Made by a program: the position numbers and the translations under genes. This document shows, piece by piece, positions 17,693 through 26,256 of a DNA stretch of 64,000 nt (the stretch's first letter is position 1; each line of letters begins with the position of its first letter). The stretch covers positions 224,001-288,000 of the forward strand of contig CAWCFX010000003.1 in NCBI GenBank assembly GCA_963795085.1. The letters are read 5' to 3'. This DNA is from an uncultured Gemmatimonadales bacterium. Lineage in GTDB: Bacteria > Gemmatimonadota > Gemmatimonadetes > Gemmatimonadales > GWC2-71-9. The notes under the pieces are model-generated. The model worked only from the letters and a program-made list of their open reading frames with translations, did no database searches and was not told the DNA's origin.

Positions 17693-18636
17693 TCGGCCAG
17701 CGCATGACCGACGTGATGATCGGCGCCCTGGTCGTCGGCGCCGTAGCCGTACTGGTCGGGGCCTTCGTGTTCACCAAGGGGTGGAACAAGCAGCAGTTCG
17801 ACCTCTTCATGCGCACCGAATCGGCCCGCGACCTTACCTCCGACACCAAGGTGTTGTTGCAGTCGCTCCCGGTCGGCGAAGTCAAGGCGATTTCGCCCCA
17901 GGTGGACTCCACCAGCGGCCGGCTCCGGTTCGTCGTGCACCTGCGCATCGACGAACGGTACCAGGACGGAACCGAACTCCATCTGCCGCTGGGCACCCGG
18001 GCCGAGATCGTCCAGTCCAACGTGCTGGGCGGCGTCAGCATTGAGTTGCGCACCCCGGAGCGGGCCATCGGCCGGCTGGCGCCGGGAGACACGGTGGGCT
18101 CGGCCCGGCTCTCTTCCGGGCTCGACGCGATCGCCCAGATTGCCGACTCGCTCCGGCAGCAGATCGCCCTGGTGCTGACCGATACCCGGTCGCTGATCGA
18201 GAACCTGAATTCCACGGTGGTGATGGCCCGGCGGGAACTGCAGCTCACGGCGCCCGAGGCCCGCGCCACGATGGACGAAATCCAGGCCTCCCTGACCCAG
18301 TTGCGACCCACGTTGGCCCGGGCCGATACCCTGATGGCCACCGCGACCGGCCGGATGGACGGGGTCAGCGACTCCATCGCCGCTACCCTGTCCCAGACCC
18401 GGACCATGATCGCCCACCTGGACAGTCTCGCGGTCACCGCCACGAGCATCGCGGGAGAGAACCGGGAGGTCGTCCGCACCACGGCCGAGAACCTCTACAT
18501 CATCTCCGCGAAGCTGGAACACTTCCTCGACCAGGTCAGCCGGCGCCCGCTCCGGATGATCTATGGCGTCCGCCCGCTGGCGGACAGCGCCCGCCGACCC
18601 GCCGAAAGCGGCGGGGAGACCGACACCGCGCCATGA
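17689..18636 (+). CDS. MlaD/MCE domain protein with C-terminal helical region
   Basis: N-terminal TM; L-x3-TKV-x4-LPVGEV-x2-I; AEI-x4-LGG-x2-IEL; ends RRPLRMIYG. Confidence 0.85.
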   Translation: MIGQRMTDVMIGALVVGAVAVLVGAFVFTKGWNKQQFDLFMRTESARDLTSDTKVLLQSLPVGEVKAISPQVDSTSGRLRFVVHLRIDERYQDGTELHLPLGTRAEIVQSNVLGGVSIELRTPERAIGRLAPGDTVGSARLSSGLDAIAQIADSLRQQIALVLTDTRSLIENLNSTVVMARRELQLTAPEARATMDEIQASLTQLRPTLARADTLMATATGRMDGVSDSIAATLSQTRTMIAHLDSLAVTATSIAGENREVVRTTAENLYIISAKLEHFLDQVSRRPLRMIYGVRPLADSARRPAESGGETDTAP

Positions 18637-20573
18637 AATACCGCCTGTTGCACACTTCCGGCTGGGACCCCGCGGGGGTCGGTGACGCCCTCGCCGCGGA
18701 ACAGGTGGAAACCGCCCTGTTTCCGGCAGCGCTGACCCCGGCGGCCGACGGGCTCCCCACCGTGCTGATCCTGGATCCCGAGGGCCGCCGTCTGCTGCCC
18801 GCCTCGCTGCTTGAATCACTCCGGGAAAACGGCACCCCGATCGTGGCACTGGGCGCCCCCGGCGAAGCGGACGTGCCCGGAGACCTGCCGGTGGACCTGC
18901 TGAGCGGGTTCGTGAAGGCGCCGGTGCCGCCGCGTGAGCTGCTGGTGGCGCTCCGCTCGGCGTACCGCGAGGCGGTGGCCCGGCAGGAGGCTGCCCGTGT
19001 CCGGAAGGAGATCGCCACCCGGACCCGCGAGGTCACCGAACTAGCCGAAATCGGGATCAAGCTCACCACCGAGAAGAACTACAACACCCTGCTGGACCTG
19101 ATCCTGTTTCAGGCCCGCCGGATCACCCAGTCGGACGCGGGCAGCCTGTACCTGGTCGAGATGGATGAGGCCGGCGTCCGCCGGCTCCGATTCAAGCTGA
19201 CCCAGAACGACAGCCGCCCCGATATCCCGTTCGTCGAGTTCACCATGCCGATCAACCATTCCAGCCTCGCGGGGTACGCGGCGGCGGAAGGGGAGCCGCT
19301 GGTGTTCAACGACGTGTACCTCCTGCCCCCGGACGTCGCCTACTCGTTCAACCGCTCGTTCGACGAGCGATACGGCTACCGCACCCGCTCCATGCTGGTG
19401 ATTCCCATGCAGAATCACAGCGGCGAGGTGATCGGCGTGGTGCAGCTGATCAATCGGAAGCAGGACCCGGCGCACAAACTGGAGACCCCCGCCGATACCG
19501 ACCGCTACGTGCAGCCGTACAGCCCCCACCTGGTCAAGCTGGTGCGCTCGCTGGCGGGCCAGGCCGCCGTGGCGCTGGAGAACAGCCAGCTATATGCCGA
19601 GATCGAGCGGCTGTTCGAGGGGTTCGTGCGGGCCGCGGTGACCGCGATCGAGCAACGGGACCCGACGACGTCCGGTCACTCGGAGCGGGTAGCCAACCTG
19701 ACGGTGGGACTGGCCCGGGTCGTGGACCGGGTGGACCAGGGTCCCTACCGGCTGGTCCGGTTCAATACCGAGCAGATCCGGGAGCTGCGCTATGCCGGAC
19801 TGCTGCACGACTTCGGGAAGGTCGGGGTCCGGGAAAAAGTGCTGGTCAAGGAGTACAAGCTCTACCCGGCGGACCTGACCCTGATCCGGCAGCGGCACGC
19901 CTTCCTGCTGCGTACCGCCCAGTGGGAATACGAGAAGGAACGAGTCCGCTACCTGGAAGAGAAGGGAACCAGCGGCTATCCCGGGTTCATGGAAGGGCTC
20001 AAGGCGCGGTTCGCGGAGGAGCAGGCCAACCTGGACCGATTTCTCTCCCTGGTCCACGATTCCAACCGGCCGACGGTGCTGGCCGAAGGGAACTTCGAGG
20101 CGCTCAAGGAGTTTGCCGACCGCAGCTACCAGGCGATCGACGGCACCTCCCTGCCCTTTCTCACCTCCGACGAGGTACGCTACCTGAGCATCCGGCGGGG
20201 AACCCTGGACGAACTGGAGCGGGTCGAGATCGAAAGCCACGTGAATCACACGTTTAATTTCCTGCGGGACATCCCCTGGACCCGGAACCTCAGCCGGGTA
20301 CCCGATATCGCCCACGGGCACCACGAAAAGCTGGACGGCAGCGGGTACCCCCGCAAGGTGGGCGCCACGGAAATCCCGGTGCAGACCCGGATGATGACCA
20401 TCAGCGACATCTTCGACGCGCTGACCGCGAAGGACCGGCCCTACAAGCGGGCAGTGCCGACGGACCGGGCGCTCGACATCATGAGTTCGGAGGTCAAAGG
20501 CGGGATGCTGGACCCGGAACTGTTCACGATGTTCGTGGAGGCGAAAGTGTTCGAGGAACAGGCAGAAGGATGA
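18633..20573 (+). CDS. GAF + HD-GYP cyclic-dinucleotide phosphodiesterase with receiver-like N-terminus
   Basis: GAF (DAGSLYLV...FDERYGYRTRSMLVIPM...GVVQLIN); RDPTTSGHSERV, LLHDFGK, HHEKLDGSGYP, DIFDALT, RPYK. Confidence 0.9.
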   Translation: MKYRLLHTSGWDPAGVGDALAAEQVETALFPAALTPAADGLPTVLILDPEGRRLLPASLLESLRENGTPIVALGAPGEADVPGDLPVDLLSGFVKAPVPPRELLVALRSAYREAVARQEAARVRKEIATRTREVTELAEIGIKLTTEKNYNTLLDLILFQARRITQSDAGSLYLVEMDEAGVRRLRFKLTQNDSRPDIPFVEFTMPINHSSLAGYAAAEGEPLVFNDVYLLPPDVAYSFNRSFDERYGYRTRSMLVIPMQNHSGEVIGVVQLINRKQDPAHKLETPADTDRYVQPYSPHLVKLVRSLAGQAAVALENSQLYAEIERLFEGFVRAAVTAIEQRDPTTSGHSERVANLTVGLARVVDRVDQGPYRLVRFNTEQIRELRYAGLLHDFGKVGVREKVLVKEYKLYPADLTLIRQRHAFLLRTAQWEYEKERVRYLEEKGTSGYPGFMEGLKARFAEEQANLDRFLSLVHDSNRPTVLAEGNFEALKEFADRSYQAIDGTSLPFLTSDEVRYLSIRRGTLDELERVEIESHVNHTFNFLRDIPWTRNLSRVPDIAHGHHEKLDGSGYPRKVGATEIPVQTRMMTISDIFDALTAKDRPYKRAVPTDRALDIMSSEVKGGMLDPELFTMFVEAKVFEEQAEG

Positions 20574-21804
20574 ACAGTCCGGCGGCGAGTCCCAGGTAAA
20601 CCGGCAGGATCAGGGCGATGATCTCGAGGTTCACCTGGCCGAACCCGGGGAAAATCTTGAGGAGCAGACCCGCGACCGCGACCGCCGCGACCACGACGCT
20701 GGCCCGCAGGGCACTCCGTCCCCAGCCGCCGCCTCGCCGGATCCCCGCCGGGAGCAGAACGACCAGGGGGAGTGCCAGCAGGTTCAGTTGCAGCACGTTC
20801 TCGTTGGCCCGGGCCACCAGGTGGTCAGTAAATCCCCAGAGACCCAGCAGGATCAGGCCCCCCACACCCATCAGCAGGTACCAGAAGACCCCAAAAACGG
20901 TAAACGCGGTGCGGGCACCCCGCCGGCCGATGCCCAGACGGGCCAGCAGCAGGGCCAGCCCACCCAGCAGCGTGCCCGCCAGCAGGTATACGGGAACCCA
21001 GCCGGGCGGCTCGGCCCGGAACGTGTACACGTCGCTTTCGTAGACCGTCCGTTCCTCCCGGACCAGCGGCACCGGACGCCCACCGTTCCCCGGCACGGTC
21101 ACCTCGCGCAGGCGCTCCCGTACCTCCAGGGGCAGGAACATTTCCTCCCACGCGGAGATGGGGCGGTCCACGGGGTGGCCCATGCCGGCCTCGATCCCGG
21201 TGTACATGAAGGGGTTGTTGGTGGTAAGCCGGCGGGTGTGGGACCGGAAGGTGGCACCGTCATAGACGGTATCGGTACGGCCGCGCAGCATGCCGCCCAG
21301 CAGGCGGTCCAGTGCGTCCCGTACCCGGGTGGAACAGTTGTCAAGGTAGTAGTCGTAGCGGTAGAACTTGTTCTCGTCCCGGGCATTCCATTCCAGGAAC
21401 TCCTTCATCTCCCGCCGCTTGAGGGGCAGCAGATTGAGCTCCTGGATGTACACCGACCGGTGGCGCCGGTCCCGGTAGAAGCGGATGGTCGCGTCCGCAT
21501 CGGCCACATCCAGCCAGTAGACCATCCGTCCCTGTAGAAAATTGGTGACGAAGCCGGGCGCCGCGAAGTCGAAGGTGCCGTAGTTGTAGACCAGGTCGGT
21601 GCCCCGGGCCAGGTCCCGCACCCCGATGGCATTGTGGCCGAACCGCTCCCAGATCTCCGAGCCGACGCCCATGGTCATGACGTAGATCTGCAGTTCCGAC
21701 CCCGGCTCTCCCGGCTCGCCAGAGGCATCCTGGGCGTGGCCGGAAAGCGCCGCGACCGCCGCGAGGGTGACGCCCAGCAATCCCGCGCGAACCCCCAGGT
21801 TCAC
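20524..21804 (-). CDS. DUF4105 (Lnb-like lipoprotein N-acyltransferase) membrane protein
   Basis: FGHNAI, YNYGTFDF, YDYYLDNCSTR, EMFLP, followed by about five C-terminal TM helices. Confidence 0.75.
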   Translation of the reverse strand: MNLGVRAGLLGVTLAAVAALSGHAQDASGEPGEPGSELQIYVMTMGVGSEIWERFGHNAIGVRDLARGTDLVYNYGTFDFAAPGFVTNFLQGRMVYWLDVADADATIRFYRDRRHRSVYIQELNLLPLKRREMKEFLEWNARDENKFYRYDYYLDNCSTRVRDALDRLLGGMLRGRTDTVYDGATFRSHTRRLTTNNPFMYTGIEAGMGHPVDRPISAWEEMFLPLEVRERLREVTVPGNGGRPVPLVREERTVYESDVYTFRAEPPGWVPVYLLAGTLLGGLALLLARLGIGRRGARTAFTVFGVFWYLLMGVGGLILLGLWGFTDHLVARANENVLQLNLLALPLVVLLPAGIRRGGGWGRSALRASVVVAAVAVAGLLLKIFPGFGQVNLEIIALILPVYLGLAAGLFILLPVPRTLSPPRTS

Positions 21805-22811
21805 AGGGTCACGTCCCGGCCATCGCTGGCAGAGCGGTAGATGGCGTCCAGCACCTTGTGCAGGGTGAGATGCTCGTCGAGCTCCGGCGGCCTGGCCTCC
21901 TTGTTGATCGCCGCGATGAAATGGGCCCACTCGGCGCGAAAGGACGCGTAGAAGGCGTTCTCGCGGCCGGCCGCACCGGTCGGAGCCACGTCGGTGGGGA
22001 CGCCGTGCAACTCCTTCCAGACGTGCATCGGGTTCACGCCGGCGGTCCCCTTGCTGCCCCGCAGGCCGACACCGAAGCGCTCCCCGGCTCCCACGTGGTG
22101 CCAGGTGACGTCCACGAAGATCGAGGTACCGTTCTCGCAGACGACAAAAGCGCTCCCGGATTGCTCGACCGCGCGGTCTTTGCCCCGGGTATCGAGGTTG
22201 GCACTGACCCGGACCGGCTTGGGCGTCCCGGCCAGCCAGAGGCCAAGGTCGAGGATCGACAGCCCCAGGTCGAGCATGGCACCGCCGCCGGATTGTTCCC
22301 GCCGCTGCCGCCAGCCCAGCTGGGCCCGGCTGGGCCGGAATACGTGCCAGCTGCCCCGCACGCTTTCGATCTGGCCCAGCTCGCCATTCTGGACGAAGCT
22401 GCGGACGATCTGCACGTCGGTCCGATAGCGGTGGTTCATGCCCACCATCACGATGCGGTTGCGCTTCTCGGCGGCCTTCATGATCCGCTGGACACTGGCC
22501 GTCGAAATGGCGACCGGCTTCTCAACCAGCACATGGAGGTTGGCCGACAGGGCCGCGAGGATGTGGGCTTCGTGGAGGTGGTTGGGGGTGCAGATGACGA
22601 CGGCGTCGAGGTGCTCGAACTGGAGCAGCTCGTCGATGTCGTCGAAGGCATCGGGGATCTGAAACCGGTCGGCCAGCGCCCGAGCCTTGAGCAGGTCGCT
22701 GTCGCAGATGGCCGCGACCTCTACGCCCTTGAGCTTCTTGAGGACCGGCAGATGACCTACCTGGGTGATGGCCCCCGCCCCGACGACTCCGATCTTCAAC
22801 TGTTCGGCCAC
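21801..22811 (-). CDS. Gfo/Idh/MocA family oxidoreductase
   Basis: IGVVGAGAI, ICTPNHLH, HVLVEKP, GGGAMLDLG. Confidence 0.9.
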   Translation of the reverse strand: MAEQLKIGVVGAGAITQVGHLPVLKKLKGVEVAAICDSDLLKARALADRFQIPDAFDDIDELLQFEHLDAVVICTPNHLHEAHILAALSANLHVLVEKPVAISTASVQRIMKAAEKRNRIVMVGMNHRYRTDVQIVRSFVQNGELGQIESVRGSWHVFRPSRAQLGWRQRREQSGGGAMLDLGLSILDLGLWLAGTPKPVRVSANLDTRGKDRAVEQSGSAFVVCENGTSIFVDVTWHHVGAGERFGVGLRGSKGTAGVNPMHVWKELHGVPTDVAPTGAAGRENAFYASFRAEWAHFIAAINKEARPPELDEHLTLHKVLDAIYRSASDGRDVTL

Positions 22812-22821
22812 GGCTCCCCCC

Positions 22822-23460
22822 TTATCGGCGATAGCCCAGTCCCACGCTGAGGCCCACGGTCTGCAGGTCGCTCCCGAACACCGCGCGTCCTCCGATATTC
22901 AGCACCAGCACCCGTCCCATACGGACATCCATGCCGGCCGTCGCCGAGATCCCCGCGCCCAGCATGTCCAGCGCGTCCTCCACGAAAGTGCCGTTGATCG
23001 CCTGGCCGGACCCGTTCCGGATGTGCATGCCCGCCCCCAGTCCCAGGTAGGGCTGGTACCGGGTGGTCGCCGGGGTCAGCATGTACTGGAGGTCGAGCTC
23101 GATCGCGATGTCCGACCAGCGAATATCGCCGAGGTCAATCGAGAAATCCTGGGTCGGGTCGGTGACGACCTCTTCCAGGGCGGCCTCGAAATCCGCAATC
23201 TCTTTCGACTTGAAATCGCTCCGGAAATAGGAGACGCCGGCGAGCATCCGGAGCCGGGGCGCGAATTGCCCCAAATCGACCCGGGCGCCGTAGGAGACGG
23301 TGCCCTCCAGGCGGTCGGAGGTAAGAATCCCGACCTCGGGCCAGAATCCGTAGAATCCGAGGTTATCGTAGCTGAACCGGTCCAGCGGCCGCTGGGCAAG
23401 CGCCGCCGAGGGGAGCGAGGCGAGCAGCAGCCCCGCGAGCAGGTATCGGAATCTGGGCAT
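22822..23460 (-). CDS. Outer-membrane beta-barrel protein (8-stranded OMP-like)
   Basis: Signal peptide ending ALA; amphipathic strands, PYLGLGAG, C-terminal GLSVGLGY. Confidence 0.65.
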   Translation of the reverse strand: MPRFRYLLAGLLLASLPSAALAQRPLDRFSYDNLGFYGFWPEVGILTSDRLEGTVSYGARVDLGQFAPRLRMLAGVSYFRSDFKSKEIADFEAALEEVVTDPTQDFSIDLGDIRWSDIAIELDLQYMLTPATTRYQPYLGLGAGMHIRNGSGQAINGTFVEDALDMLGAGISATAGMDVRMGRVLVLNIGGRAVFGSDLQTVGLSVGLGYRR

Positions 23461-24716
23461 CAGTAGAGTCGCTCGAGGTCGGTGTGAGGGTAGTAGGCGG
23501 CCAGGATCGCGGAATAGCGCTGGCCTTCCCGGGCGCGGCCCACGGCGCCCCACTGGCACAGGCCCACCCCGTGGCCAGCGCCATGGCCATCGGCCACCAG
23601 CCGGGTCACGCTGCCCCGGGCCGATAGTTCGCTCAGCGTAAACATGCTGCTTCGCAACAGCTCGCCGCGCGCCGGGCGAAGCACCTGCCGCACCGCGGCT
23701 CCGCTGGCAGTCAGTTCCCGTCCGTCGATGGCCAGGACCAGGCGGGCCACCCGTCCCGACGGCGAGACCTCGCGAACCCGCACCGACTGGACCACGGCGC
23801 GGGCCGCGATGGTCGGGCCCAGCGCGGCGGGAACGCTCTCGCGCAATATGTCCCGAAGGGCCTCTCCCGACCACTCCTGCCGCCAGTTGAATCGGGGCGA
23901 GATCCGGCAATAGGCCTGGCCTGCCGCGTCGGTATCGGCCATGGAGACCAGGTAGGGGCGCTCGGCGCCGCTGAAGACCTCGGTGCCCTTGGCCGTCTGG
24001 CCGCCGCAGGTGGAGAAGAAGAACCCGTCGATCGGCGCGCCGTCGAAGGTCAGGATCTGCCCTGCCGTCCCCAGCACCGCCTGCCACCCCAGAGGCGTCT
24101 CAGCGGCCACCCCGCCATACACCTGGTCGGCCACCGTGGCCTGGAGATCGAACCCCTGGGCTCGCCACCGCCCCCGGTTTCGCATGGCGTAGGTGCGGCT
24201 GATCACCGCCTGGGCCTTTACCGCTTCCACTTCGCTGCTATCGCGGCGTCCCATTTCAGCGGAGACCACCCCGGCGAGGTAACTTTCGAGGCTCACCCGG
24301 TTCACCACGGTGAGGCCTCCGCTCCCCCGAAACAGGAGCAGTGCCCCGCGATACTCCCTGCCGCCCACCCGGACGAAGCCGTCCGGAGCGGCGGCGGAGA
24401 ATGCCAGCGAGTCGCCCGCGGCCGGGCTCCAGCTGAGCGCCCCGGTGAACTGCAGGCCGCCGCCGGCTCCGCTGGCAATCAGCTGGGCGCCGGCCGGGAC
24501 TTCGGCGCGGGGGACCCCGTCCAGGCTGGAAACGATCAAGGCCGCCCCGCCTCCCAGCGTTACCCGGGAGAGGCCGGTCCCCAGCCCCACCAGCATCTCC
24601 GGTTCGGTGCTGCGGGGGCCGATGGTGACGGTGGAAGCGGATTCGGGGGGAGTACAGCTGCCGACCAGACCCACCAGCGCGCACAGCCAGAGGATGGCGA
24701 GCGGCGCCGCTTTCAA
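23460..24716 (-). CDS. SpoIID/LytB domain lytic transglycosylase-like lipoprotein
   Basis: YRG, LESYLAGVV-x-AEM, KAQAVISRTYA, DQVY, GHGVGLCQWGA; lipobox-like LVGSC. Confidence 0.9.
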   Translation of the reverse strand: MKAAPLAILWLCALVGLVGSCTPPESASTVTIGPRSTEPEMLVGLGTGLSRVTLGGGAALIVSSLDGVPRAEVPAGAQLIASGAGGGLQFTGALSWSPAAGDSLAFSAAAPDGFVRVGGREYRGALLLFRGSGGLTVVNRVSLESYLAGVVSAEMGRRDSSEVEAVKAQAVISRTYAMRNRGRWRAQGFDLQATVADQVYGGVAAETPLGWQAVLGTAGQILTFDGAPIDGFFFSTCGGQTAKGTEVFSGAERPYLVSMADTDAAGQAYCRISPRFNWRQEWSGEALRDILRESVPAALGPTIAARAVVQSVRVREVSPSGRVARLVLAIDGRELTASGAAVRQVLRPARGELLRSSMFTLSELSARGSVTRLVADGHGAGHGVGLCQWGAVGRAREGQRYSAILAAYYPHTDLERLY

Positions 24717-25216
24717 CTGCGGTAGTTCCCGAACTTGAGTTCGAGCCCGAAATCCTGCCCCCGCAGGAAAGCCATGACCTCCTGCAGATCGTCCCTGGAC
24801 GGGCTGGAGACCCGGATTTCCTCCCCCTGGATCGCGGCCTGCACCTTCTTAAAACCCTGGTCCCGGATCGCCTTGACGATCTTCTTGGAGGTTTCCTGGT
24901 CGATCCCCTGCTTCAGGTCGATCGTCTGCCGGACACTGCTGCCCGACGCCTGTTCCACCTCGGCAAACTTGAGGTTCTGCACCGGGACACCGCGCTTGAT
25001 CATCTTGGTCTGCAGGACATCCACCAGGGCCTTCAGCCGGTAGTCGTCATCCGCGGCCAGCTTGATGACGGCCTTCTCCCGGTCGAACTCGATAGTGCAA
25101 TGGGTGCCTTTGAAGTCGTACCGCTGGCCGATCTCCTTGAGCGCCTGGTTGACGGCGTTGTCTACTTCCTGGAGATCGGCACCGGTGGATACATCGAAGG
25201 AGGGATTGGCTGCCAT
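24713..25216 (-). CDS. yajQ: YajQ family nucleotide/c-di-GMP-binding protein
   Basis: PSFDV, QEVDNAVNQA, RYDFKG, KVQAAIQG, RDDLQ, FGNYR. Confidence 0.93.
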   Translation of the reverse strand: MAANPSFDVSTGADLQEVDNAVNQALKEIGQRYDFKGTHCTIEFDREKAVIKLAADDDYRLKALVDVLQTKMIKRGVPVQNLKFAEVEQASGSSVRQTIDLKQGIDQETSKKIVKAIRDQGFKKVQAAIQGEEIRVSSPSRDDLQEVMAFLRGQDFGLELKFGNYRS

Positions 25217-25230
25217 GACGGGGGAGCCCT

Positions 25231-26100
25231 TTACGTGAGGAAGCTTTCCAGTGCCTTGGCCCGGCTGACGTGGCGGAGGCGGGTCAACGCCTTTTCCTTG
25301 ATCTGGCGGACTCGCTCGCGGGTGATGCCGAGGCGGCTGCCGATCTCCTCGAGCGTCATCGGTTCGGGGCCGTCGAGTCCGAAATAGAGCCGAAGGATCT
25401 TGGCTTCACGCTCTTTGAGGGTCGACAGCACCTCCTCGATGGACTCGCTGAGGGCATGCTCGAAGGTTTCAAAGTCGGGGCCGGGGTTCTGGTTGTCCGG
25501 CAGGTAGTCGAGGAGCTTGTTATCCTCGCCCGGGGTCAGCGGCGCATCGAGCGAGAGATGGTTCTGGGAAATGGAGAGGGTTTTCTGGACCTCCTCCATC
25601 GAGATGTCCATGCCCTCGGCGATCTCCGAAGGCGTCGGCTCCCGGCCCAGTTCCTGGAGGAGCGCGGACGACCGCTTGCCGATCCGGTGCAGGGTTCCCG
25701 CCCGGTTCAGCGGCACCCGCACGATCCGGCTCTGCTCCGCCAGGGCCTGCAGGATGGCCTGGCGAATCCACCAGACCGCGTAGGAGATGAACTTGATGCC
25801 TTTGGTTTCGTCGAACTTGTGGGCGGCACGGATCAGGCCAAGGTTCCCCTCGTTAATGAGATCGGCGAGGCTGACACCCTGGTTCTGGTACTTCTTGGCC
25901 ACCGACACCACGAAGCGGAGATTGCTGCGGACCAGCTTGTCCAGGGCTTCCGCCTCGCCGGTGCGGATCCGCTGGGCGAGGTCGACTTCGTCGTCCTGGG
26001 AGATCAGGGGGTACTTGCTGATCTCCCGCAGGTACTGGTCGAGGGAGCCTTCGTCCGACGTGGGGCCGCGTCTTCCCGGGCCGATCTGCATTGGACGCAT
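25231..26100 (-). CDS. RNA polymerase sigma-70 factor, RpoD/SigA family, lacking region 1.1 (about 289 aa)
   Basis: Region 1.2 SLDQYLREI; region 2 NLRFVVSVAKKY...KFISYAVWWIRQAI; region 4 TLEEIG...TRERVRQI; SD GAGG. Confidence 0.93.
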   Translation of the reverse strand: MRPMQIGPGRRGPTSDEGSLDQYLREISKYPLISQDDEVDLAQRIRTGEAEALDKLVRSNLRFVVSVAKKYQNQGVSLADLINEGNLGLIRAAHKFDETKGIKFISYAVWWIRQAILQALAEQSRIVRVPLNRAGTLHRIGKRSSALLQELGREPTPSEIAEGMDISMEEVQKTLSISQNHLSLDAPLTPGEDNKLLDYLPDNQNPGPDFETFEHALSESIEEVLSTLKEREAKILRLYFGLDGPEPMTLEEIGSRLGITRERVRQIKEKALTRLRHVSRAKALESFLT

Positions 26101-26154
26101 GGTGCAATACCTCAGCGCGGCTGCTGCATGGACGAAACGAAAACGGATGGTTTG

Positions 26155-26182
26155 AAAAAAGCGGCGACTGACCCAGTCACGC
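26155..26182 (-). terminator. Possible intrinsic terminator upstream of the sigma gene
   Basis: Minus strand GCGTGACTG-GGT-CAGTCGCCGC-TTTTTT. Confidence 0.45.
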
Positions 26183-26240
26183 TTCACCAGAACCTTACCC
26201 ACTCCCCGAGAGGAGCGCAACGGGTCTCCGCGACGATGTA

Positions 26241-26256
26241 TGTGAACTGGATCACA
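26241..26256. promoter_or_regulatory. Perfect CRP-consensus box
   Basis: TGTGA-ACTGGA-TCACA. Confidence 0.7.
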
